A stretch of DNA of 51,796 nt, taken from an uncultured Pirellulaceae bacterium (GTDB lineage: Bacteria; Planctomycetota; Planctomycetia; Pirellulales; Pirellulaceae). Positions 9,150 through 17,350 of the stretch are shown one piece after another. A model generated the notes under the pieces. It had not been told where the DNA came from. It ran no database searches and saw only the letters and a program-made list of their open reading frames with translations. Within the stretch, counting starts at the first letter, position 1. Each line of letters opens with the position of its first letter. Where the stretch lies: the NCBI GenBank assembly GCA_964582115.1, contig CAZORR010000003.1:1-51796 (forward strand), written 5' to 3'. The translations under genes and the position numbers were made by a program.

Positions 9150-10259
9150 CTAAGCAGCGGCTGGGTAGCGTTTGGTGAGGTCCAGAAAAACACTTTCAAC
9201 TTTGCGAGCTAGGGTTTCTGGATTGAAATTGCATTGAACAAACCGTCGGCCGTTTTCTCCAAATTGTCGACGTGATTCAGCATCTTGAGCCATTGCGATA
9301 ACTGCCTTGGCCAGTTCGTCTGGATTCTTTGGTGGTACTAGCAGTCCGTTGACATGTGGCTTGACGATTTCGGGCAAACCACCAACGTTGGTGGCGACGA
9401 CAGGCGTTCCAGCTGCTAGTGATTCAAGGGCTACCAGTCCTAGTGGCTCGGCGAGTGACGGTACAATACTTAGGTCAAATGCGGCCATAAAATCTTGCAC
9501 GTTGTATCGCAGCCCCAACCATTTGACTCGATTCAGTAATGCGGGATGACGCTGCAAGTTGCGAAGACGTTTGACGTAGGATTGGTCACGGTGAAACCTA
9601 CCGATCAGGACGAGCTTGAAATTCGGAACCGAGGCAACAATTTGTTCCATTGCTTTAAATAAATATAGTTGTCCTTTGCGGGAAGTCACGTCGCCTACAA
9701 CTCCAGCCACGAAGTCATGGTCCTTGATTCGCATTTCGTTTCGAACCCATTGCACTGCTTCGGGAGTCGTGTTTAAAAAACGATCTAAGTCTGTGAAACA
9801 ATGGATCGTGCTTAGTTTGGAGGTTGGGACGAAATTGATTTTTCGTTGGTAGTTCGCAGTGGATTTTGAGTTGGCGATGACGTGATGGTTCATCCACCAG
9901 TGCAACTGTGGGGAGCATTGATGTGCGGTGGCAACGACGGGCGTGCTGGTCATCAAACGCATCAACACACCAAAAGCGTGGGCGCTGGACATGTGAGAGT
10001 GCATCACGTCAAAACTTTGCTCGCGAATCCATCGAGAGACGCGACGCAGTTCCATGGGGCGCCGACTGAGATCGGACTCAAAGGTTGCGATCGAAGATGG
10101 TAAGTTTTGTTGGATCCATGTGTCGGGTCGACACAGTACCGTTACCTGATGTCCGAAACGCTGCATTTGTTCAGAGAGAAACTTGCAATAAGTAACCGCA
10201 CCGTTTAAGCCGCGCCCAGAGATGATTTGTAGAATTTTCAAGTATCGTTCTACCGGCAA
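9150..10259 (-). CDS. glycosyltransferase family 4 (GT-B)
   Basis: DVMHSH, RKG, EPLGLVALE (EX7E), PVVATNVGGLPEIV, NGLLVPP. Confidence 0.92.
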   Translation of the reverse strand: MPVERYLKILQIISGRGLNGAVTYCKFLSEQMQRFGHQVTVLCRPDTWIQQNLPSSIATFESDLSRRPMELRRVSRWIREQSFDVMHSHMSSAHAFGVLMRLMTSTPVVATAHQCSPQLHWWMNHHVIANSKSTANYQRKINFVPTSKLSTIHCFTDLDRFLNTTPEAVQWVRNEMRIKDHDFVAGVVGDVTSRKGQLYLFKAMEQIVASVPNFKLVLIGRFHRDQSYVKRLRNLQRHPALLNRVKWLGLRYNVQDFMAAFDLSIVPSLAEPLGLVALESLAAGTPVVATNVGGLPEIVKPHVNGLLVPPKNPDELAKAVIAMAQDAESRRQFGENGRRFVQCNFNPETLARKVESVFLDLTKRYPAAA

Positions 10260-10473
10260 TAGAAAATAAAGGGATCGCAGTCAACCGTTGTTTGTCAGGA
10301 AGTCGTACAATACTAGATAAACGAAAAAAATAGCAAGACGAACTTGTAGTTTTCGAAGTCGCACGTAGGCATCCCGTGAAAGGATCTGCACCAAAAATCG
10401 TTCGCAAAAACATTAGCGAGCGGTAATTTCAAGGCACCGGTGCAAAACTAGGTTTCATTCCATGAGTTGTGGT

Positions 10474-10509
10474 AAACAAAAAAGCCGGTCGCAAGAGGCG
10501 ACCGGCTTT
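10474..10509 (-). terminator. intrinsic terminator of the autotransporter gene
   Basis: AAAGCCGGTCGC/GCGACCGGCTTT stem followed by a U-tract on the minus strand, about 30 bp past the stop. Confidence 0.85.
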
Positions 10510-10540
10510 GGGTTATACACTAGCTATCAATTTTTGAAGA

Positions 10541-13500
10541 CTACTGAGGTCGTACGACATCAACGTTGTCATTGAAGAAGTTATAGCCAAATGGAATGTT
10601 GTTGATGTTTGTCGCACCTGAACTGGTGAAATCAATGTAAGGTCCGGCGTCAAATGCAAATCCGACGGCCTGCAGATCGGCAAAGTCTGCCGCGTCGTTT
10701 AATATACGGAAGGTGCTCTGTCCCACGCCGGCAAACAAGAAAGCGTCCGAGTTTCCGATCGGCAATTGTGGGTCTAGCTGCGTGCTGCCAATTCCGACAT
10801 TGCGAGCCGCCAAACGTTGAGCGTTACGATTACGTGTACCGCTGTTGAAGGGGCCGTCATCATCAAATAGTCCGGTATCGGTGTCGTTGTCTTGGCCCGC
10901 AGTTCGTGACTTGAACACCGATTCATCGTTGTTGAAAAATGCACCAGGATTGTTGAGGGCGGCCGAAAGAAAGATGTTGGCATCCGCTCCTACACCAAAA
11001 ACTAAGTCAAGTCGAGCCAACGGGTCGCCTTGAAATCCAGTCGGATTAAACACGTCGTTGTCATTATCCCGTGGGTCCTCGTTTTGATCGGTAAACGCTC
11101 CCCCGGTTGTAGCAGGATCGACTGTCGAGACGAACGAGCGAATGAAGATGTCGTCACCCGCGTTTCCGGTCAAGACGTTCCTGTTAATGGTCGCTCCAAT
11201 TCCACCGAAGCCTTCACCAAAGAAGCCGCCGTCCTCATCAAATGCGTACCCGCCGTCTGTCGTACCGACCAACAATACCAATCCGTTGGCTTCGTTGCTG
11301 TTACCACCTCCGTTGTTAACGATTAGGTTATCCTCAACGATGAGGTTCAGTCTAGCATCGTCGGTAATGTCACCATCGGCGTTCAGGTTGTTATCGTTGA
11401 TCGGATTAATATTCTGATCGAGAGTTTGAGTTGTCGACGCAGTATTGACAACAAAGACACCTTCATCTTCGTTCGCAGCGATAGTGTTATTGATTAGAGT
11501 TAGGTTGGTGTCAGCTATGCCCTGGTTGAGTACACTGAATCCTCGATCCGTGTTAGCTTCAACTGTATTGCTATCGAATACTAGGTTGAAGGCGAATTCT
11601 CCAGCATAGCCGCTATTAACAATTCGCACGCCGTCTCCCGTGTTCTGGAAAATGTTGTTCTCGGAGAAGAACAAGCTTTTAAATCCAGGACCATCGATAT
11701 TGATACCGCCCGAAGTCCCGCGAGCACCCGCGTTGGTGCCGTTTCCAATAATCTCATTTCGCAAGAAAGATCCATCCCCAGCTCCTGGGATGTCGATTCC
11801 GAATAGACCATTGGAGTTAATTCGGTTATCTGCAACGAGTAAGTCGTTAAGGTTTGCCCCCAGATCAATACCGTTAGCGCCGTTGTTCACGATTTCGTTT
11901 TCAGTGATATCTCCGCTAACAACCCCAAAGTCGGATATCGTATTGAAGATTTCTGTGGTGACAATTCCGTCGAGGGTGTTGTTGCTGATTTCATTCTGAA
12001 AAATATCAACGTCGATCAGAGCGTCAGCTGCTGTAGTCAGGCTGATACCGTTGGTATTGTTGGTTAATTCGTTGTTTCGAATTCCAAACGGCGCCACTGC
12101 CGAAATAAAAGCGAACTCACTCGCCGTGATTTCGACACCATCTGATCCGTTGCTGTTTGATACGTTGTTCTCGATCAACACATTGTTGACGAATGCCGAG
12201 TCGTTGACCGCCACCCTGATACCACTTTGACCATTGTTGTCTGTTGTGTTGTTGACAATATCTAGTCCAGCGACGAACGAATTATCTTCAGCGAACAATT
12301 CGATACCGTCGCCTACGTTACTGGCAACTTCGTTGTCAGCAATTGTCGATCCTCCAGGTAGGAAAGCAGTTGAAAGTTGCAAAGTTTCATCGGCTGCTAG
12401 GCGGACGTGAATTCCATCGCCTTCAAACGGAGTAACTGTTGCTCCATTGGTCGTTCCAGTCACAATATTGTCTTGAATATCGAACCTCCCTGTTCCGTCT
12501 CCCGTATAGGCCAGCGCGATTCCAACCTCGCCGTTGTCAAGGAATTGATTTTGCGGGAACGTAACCTTGCCTGGTTCAACTCCAATCGTCCGTGCGACAC
12601 CGCCAATAGTAGCGTTCAATTCACCGTCAAACGTTGTTGCGACCAAGCCGCCTTCGGCGTTGTTTTGGAACAAGTTCTCGACGACTACAGCGTCGATTAC
12701 AGTGTCAGCTAAGCCGTTGATTTCCAAGCCTCGACCACCATTGTTGGTCACCGTGTTTCCAGCAAAAGATGTTAGCTGAATTGCGGTGCCAGCATCCTCC
12801 GCATTTATCTGAATACCGTGTGACAGGTTATTGTCAAACAAGTTGTCGTTGATCACCAATTCCAGATCGGTGCTGTTCGAGGCGTTGATGATGACACCGA
12901 TGTCGTTACCTGTCGCCGTAAAGTTAGTTAGCGTTAAAGCTTCAGGACCGCCGCTGTTAGCGTCGAACAAGAATCCTGCACCATTCGTAGCTCCGGTAAA
13001 TGTACCGCCAGTAAAGTTAAGGGCTCCTTGTGAGTTCACAAAAGCCAAGCCATTGAGTCCCGGGTTGTTGATGGTGTTTTCGTTGAAGTTAAATACCGCC
13101 TCTGGATCAATAACATCGGTGATATTGATTCCGTTTCCTGTGACGGTGTCGATGTTGTTGTTTGTGAAGTTGAATGTCCCGCCCGTGCCGACGATGGCGT
13201 TAGATCCGTTAAGCAACGCAATGCCGTCGCCAATGCCTTCTGTACTTACAACGGGACCGACATTCGTAAACGTGTTGTTGATGAAATTAAATGTGTTTTC
13301 AGAATTGAAAGTGTCAAGCCGAATACCAGATTCACTGATTTCGTCGAACGTGTTGTCTGAGAACGTTAGGGTGTTCCCAAGAGACGTTACGTTGTTGACT
13401 CGAACGCCATCTCGCCCAATGTGGTCAAACGTGTTATTGGCGACGGCTAAATTGCCGTTTAATCCGTTGATTTGCACACCGTCAACATCTAGGTTGATGA

Positions 13501-14884
13501 GATCGTTGTTTTCGATAAGGGTGTTCCCCGTCACATTAGTACCCGCGATACCGTTATTAGCTGGGGGCACGCCCGTTCCGTCCAGAACAAAACCGCGAAC
13601 CGTGTTGTCATCGGCGAGCGTTACGATGTCGCCTCCGGGGTTGGTCAAGATTGGCCGCGCTCCGTCCATGTCGTTGCTTAACACGTGGAGTGAACCGTCG
13701 CTAAGAGCAAGCGTATGGGTCACTCCGTCGCCCAACAGTTGCTGGCCGTCTTGAAGGGTAATTCCTGTGTCGTACCCATTGGATGTTCCATCACCGTTAT
13801 TTACGAAGATAATGTCGTTCGCGGCTGATCCTGCTTCAGCTTCAGCCAATGTTGCGAAGGGTGATTCAAATGAACCATCGCCAATTTGTGTTTGAGTGTT
13901 GTCAGCATGGATGACATTGAATGCCTGCCCTGTTAGCGGGTTGATGGCAACAATTAGATCTTGATTGAATCGAACGATATGATCGTTACGGGAAGTCTGT
14001 TCTAAGTCACGAGCCAGACCAGCGTATTCGCTACCGTAGCCGCTGTTGCGGGAACCAAACGTAAGTGCAACGCTCAACGAGCCTGTGGTGTCGAACCTTT
14101 CGTCGTGATTGACCTCTGCTGCTAGGCTAAGGTTGTTGAATAGTTGCATGCCCACTCGTAAGCGACCACCAGCGAAGTTGTCCACGAGGTCTGAGTCGTA
14201 GTGGTAACCACCGAAGTCAACATAGCCGTTGACGAAAGCCAATTGTTTCGGGCGTGTTCGCAAGGTTACGTCGAAGCCTTCCAAGGCACTTTCGATACCG
14301 GCTTGCAGTGCGATGTTGTTTCCAAAGAAATGGTCGACGCCGTTGATATCACCCTGTGTGAAGGCGTCAGTCCCAACTGGAAAGTAGCCATTACCGATCA
14401 GGTCAAAGTTGCGAGTTTTGATGGCTCCGCTGACGCCAACTTGATGAAAGCCATCCGAGAATGATTGTTGATCATCGTCGTCGAAATCGTAAAACGCACC
14501 AAAGCTAATGTCGGCATTGGCTGCAGGGATTGAGAATACTCGCTCGAGTCCGATGTTGGCAAAGAACCCGCCATCGTCTTCGATGCTATGGTTCAATTGC
14601 CCTTCCAGCAGCCATCGTCCAGCCAAAGCGTCTTGGAACAGACGAGTTTTACCGCCTAGGGTTACGTAGGAACCATCGAATCCCAAGCCTTGGTCAGCAA
14701 AATTCGTTTCAAACCAAAGCCGCCCAGGCAGTCCCGGTTGAAGTAATTCGCCCGAAACAGCTTGGAACGTCGATTGCTGACCGCCCAAACCAACTCCTGG
14801 TCGGCCGAAATGCTGAGCATTGGCAATGTTGACGCTTAGCAACATCGTGATTGCAATGCAGAATAGGCTCAATCGTGTCTTCAT
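10541..14884 (-). CDS. inverse autotransporter-like outer-membrane protein: N-terminal beta-barrel plus right-handed parallel beta-helix passenger
   Basis: Signal peptide (ANA-Q); barrel motifs ANIGL, FGAFYDFD, FHQVGVSG, NGYFPVG, RNDHIV; then GDGSFESPFATLAEA and many N...GI repeats rich in Asn/Gly/Asp. Confidence 0.8.
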   Translation of the reverse strand: MKTRLSLFCIAITMLLSVNIANAQHFGRPGVGLGGQQSTFQAVSGELLQPGLPGRLWFETNFADQGLGFDGSYVTLGGKTRLFQDALAGRWLLEGQLNHSIEDDGGFFANIGLERVFSIPAANADISFGAFYDFDDDDQQSFSDGFHQVGVSGAIKTRNFDLIGNGYFPVGTDAFTQGDINGVDHFFGNNIALQAGIESALEGFDVTLRTRPKQLAFVNGYVDFGGYHYDSDLVDNFAGGRLRVGMQLFNNLSLAAEVNHDERFDTTGSLSVALTFGSRNSGYGSEYAGLARDLEQTSRNDHIVRFNQDLIVAINPLTGQAFNVIHADNTQTQIGDGSFESPFATLAEAEAGSAANDIIFVNNGDGTSNGYDTGITLQDGQQLLGDGVTHTLALSDGSLHVLSNDMDGARPILTNPGGDIVTLADDNTVRGFVLDGTGVPPANNGIAGTNVTGNTLIENNDLINLDVDGVQINGLNGNLAVANNTFDHIGRDGVRVNNVTSLGNTLTFSDNTFDEISESGIRLDTFNSENTFNFINNTFTNVGPVVSTEGIGDGIALLNGSNAIVGTGGTFNFTNNNIDTVTGNGINITDVIDPEAVFNFNENTINNPGLNGLAFVNSQGALNFTGGTFTGATNGAGFLFDANSGGPEALTLTNFTATGNDIGVIINASNSTDLELVINDNLFDNNLSHGIQINAEDAGTAIQLTSFAGNTVTNNGGRGLEINGLADTVIDAVVVENLFQNNAEGGLVATTFDGELNATIGGVARTIGVEPGKVTFPQNQFLDNGEVGIALAYTGDGTGRFDIQDNIVTGTTNGATVTPFEGDGIHVRLAADETLQLSTAFLPGGSTIADNEVASNVGDGIELFAEDNSFVAGLDIVNNTTDNNGQSGIRVAVNDSAFVNNVLIENNVSNSNGSDGVEITASEFAFISAVAPFGIRNNELTNNTNGISLTTAADALIDVDIFQNEISNNTLDGIVTTEIFNTISDFGVVSGDITENEIVNNGANGIDLGANLNDLLVADNRINSNGLFGIDIPGAGDGSFLRNEIIGNGTNAGARGTSGGINIDGPGFKSLFFSENNIFQNTGDGVRIVNSGYAGEFAFNLVFDSNTVEANTDRGFSVLNQGIADTNLTLINNTIAANEDEGVFVVNTASTTQTLDQNINPINDNNLNADGDITDDARLNLIVEDNLIVNNGGGNSNEANGLVLLVGTTDGGYAFDEDGGFFGEGFGGIGATINRNVLTGNAGDDIFIRSFVSTVDPATTGGAFTDQNEDPRDNDNDVFNPTGFQGDPLARLDLVFGVGADANIFLSAALNNPGAFFNNDESVFKSRTAGQDNDTDTGLFDDDGPFNSGTRNRNAQRLAARNVGIGSTQLDPQLPIGNSDAFLFAGVGQSTFRILNDAADFADLQAVGFAFDAGPYIDFTSSGATNINNIPFGYNFFNDNVDVVRPQ

Positions 14885-15713
14885 GATTTCTCCCGAGACA
14901 AGTCTCGACGATTTCAGTTTTTCTCACCTACTACCCCGCGCACCTAGCGCCCGTAAAAGCAGTACATGTGTTACATCCCATCGACACAGATTTATCGCTA
15001 TCATTAGTATTTTCGATACGTTTTCATTAATTGTTACACCTTAACACGGGAACAACTTTTGCTAGCGTTAGTTAGACAGTAGCGATTGCCGTCGCCCTAA
15101 GCCTGCATGTTGATCAGGCGCTGGTTTTAGCCGGTTAAAATCAACTTGAAAGAGCATGAAACGTGGTGGTTTTGATTGTCAGCTGCGACACTGACTGCAT
15201 CAGAACAAGTCCCGTTACGATTGTGTGTTTTCAATGACTGGTTAAAGGAAGTACAGTCGTATGAGTGATCGTAGGATTGATCGATGCAATCCGGAGCTAT
15301 TACTATTAATATGAAGCAGCACTTGGGCAGTCTGAAAGGACTGGGCTAAGATATTTTCTGCCCTATATATTGTTAGGGCGGTGGGTGCCATGCTTCACGG
15401 CTTTGGAGGGTAAGCGTATCTACTGCGTGCTGGCATGCTTACGCGTTGGATGTGTTTTTGAAAAAGTCCAGTGAGCGTGCTTTTTGAGGGGCTTTCTAGA
15501 ATTAGTGCATTTCTGATGGCGTAAACATGGCACCCTCGATGGACAAAGCCATGTCAACGTGGACGGCTAATGGCTTTCATAAGAATGCCCCGGAAGAGCC
15601 AAATTCTAAACGGAGTGCCATTAGGCGGGTGGTTGCTAGGAAGTTGAGCCTATATTTTACGGTTTTTAGTGCTGTCTGTCGGCAGCCTACTATCGACTGG
15701 GCATTAATAATGG

Positions 15714-16370
15714 CTACTTAACCCTAGTGTTGCTACCGCTGGGTTGCTGTGACGATGGTTGCTTGGCGACCGAAGCAGAAGCTGGTGTGCTTTGAAAGTA
15801 GCCTGCGAACTTGCTAGTGATTTTTTTGCCACGAATGGGAACGCAAGCATTTTGCGAGCAGACTTGACCATCGAACTGAACATCCACGGTGAGTTTAGCC
15901 AGATCGGCAGTAGGACTTACGGTGATTGGTGCGAAAAACTGTACGGTACCTGTGTGTTTTTCGACTCGACGATTAAAAACCGGGTGATCTTCGATCACGA
16001 CTGCAGGTTTGTCGGGGCTAAACGGGCCGGTGAGTTGAGCCTGCGGATTTGGCAGCATTTTTAAAACGGTCGGTGGGATACCCACTTGGGTCAGCGCGTA
16101 GATATGTTTGCCAGCTGCGAGTTGGACTTCAACCACCAAGTAACCGGATTGTGTTCCCTGGTTAAGAAGGATTTTCGATGTGATTTGGTAAGATTGAGGT
16201 TTGGCTTTCTGGATTTGCTGAGCCAGGCGCTGTTGAGCTTTTTCGGCCGGGCTATCCATGATTTGAGCCGAAACCTGGTTGGCAACACCTCCCACCAAAA
16301 TGATAGTGAGCAGACTAAGTAACATGCAGCGGCGGCAACGCCCTTGAAAATCCGACATCTGTATTTCCAT
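15714..16370 (-). CDS. secreted protein resembling the DsbD N-terminal (alpha) domain
   Basis: Signal peptide (VSA-Q), G.HIYA motif, C-terminal GQVCSQNACVP dithiol; start may be 16358. Confidence 0.7.
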   Translation of the reverse strand: MEIQMSDFQGRCRRCMLLSLLTIILVGGVANQVSAQIMDSPAEKAQQRLAQQIQKAKPQSYQITSKILLNQGTQSGYLVVEVQLAAGKHIYALTQVGIPPTVLKMLPNPQAQLTGPFSPDKPAVVIEDHPVFNRRVEKHTGTVQFFAPITVSPTADLAKLTVDVQFDGQVCSQNACVPIRGKKITSKFAGYFQSTPASASVAKQPSSQQPSGSNTRVK

Positions 16371-16638
16371 CCTTGGTTACAGCGTAGAGTAAATCTTTTA
16401 TGACGCGGCGAGGTTACTGATTCTTTTCGTAAGCGACAATGTCATTATCAAAGTGTCCAGAAGTGATTTTTTTTACAATGTGCTGGGTCTTCTGAGTGTT
16501 TAAGGGGGTCTTTAATTTTTGCTTCAGCACTTCAAAAGAAAGTAATCGACTTGAATTCTCAGGCTCGATGTCCTATTAAGAGCTTACTCGTTCAGGGAAA
16601 CTTAGTCCGGCCATCTTTTAGTTGATTTTCGTACGACC

Positions 16639-16992
16639 ATGATTGTTTTTATTACTTCGGATTTAATGATGGCGTCCAATGCCCAAGCTCATGCCAAACA
16701 GCAAGGGGCAAAAATGGTCCAAGTGTCCTCGGCTGAGCGAGGTTTGGCGATCGTGCGAGAGAGTCGGCCCCATCTATTACTAGTGGATTTGCAATGTCCG
16801 GGCTTGGACATAAAATCCTTAGGTGTTTCACTGGGCAAGCTAGCGGATGCAATATCACCATTAACCATCGGTTTTGCTCAACACGTTGAAGTCGAGAAAC
16901 TGCAGACCGCCAAAGACGCTGGTTTCGACCAAGTTTTGACTCGCGGTCAAATGAACAGCCAAGTCGGCCAGATCATCGCCGGGGCTATTTAG
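16639..16992 (+). CDS. single-domain receiver (CheY-like) protein, atypical
   Basis: RPHLLLVDL with putative phospho-acceptor Asp; AKDAGFDQVL. Confidence 0.7.
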   Translation: MIVFITSDLMMASNAQAHAKQQGAKMVQVSSAERGLAIVRESRPHLLLVDLQCPGLDIKSLGVSLGKLADAISPLTIGFAQHVEVEKLQTAKDAGFDQVLTRGQMNSQVGQIIAGAI

Positions 16993-17350
16993 CTTAAGTC
17001 AGGCCGAAAGTCAGGTTCAATACAGAGATTTGCCACACTGAAGACCTGCTTTTGTGCCAGAAAGCGCTGAACAGACCAGCGAAAACGTGAAACTAGTTCG
17101 CCAAGCAGCATTGAGGGTAGCGTTTGAGATTAGGGCGGCTAAGAAAATGTTGTTGAAAGCCGGAAATTTTGACTTTGTGCGATAGAAAAACATCTAGCAT
17201 TTCGATAACCTAGCCTCCGTTCTGGAGCTGTGCAATAGTTGCAGAAACTCATTCTGAACTTCGGTGATCGATGAGAATTCCCCCAACCTTTTTGTGATTC
17301 CATTCTTTAAAAAACGTTGTTGTCACAACAACACGATCGGCACCTAAGCA

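Noticed and set aside
12831..13754. 307-aa plus-strand ORF, and similar long antisense ORFs (2209-2823, 45422-46021, 47232-47786)
   Set aside because: Shadow frames of well-supported genes on the opposite strand; no motifs.
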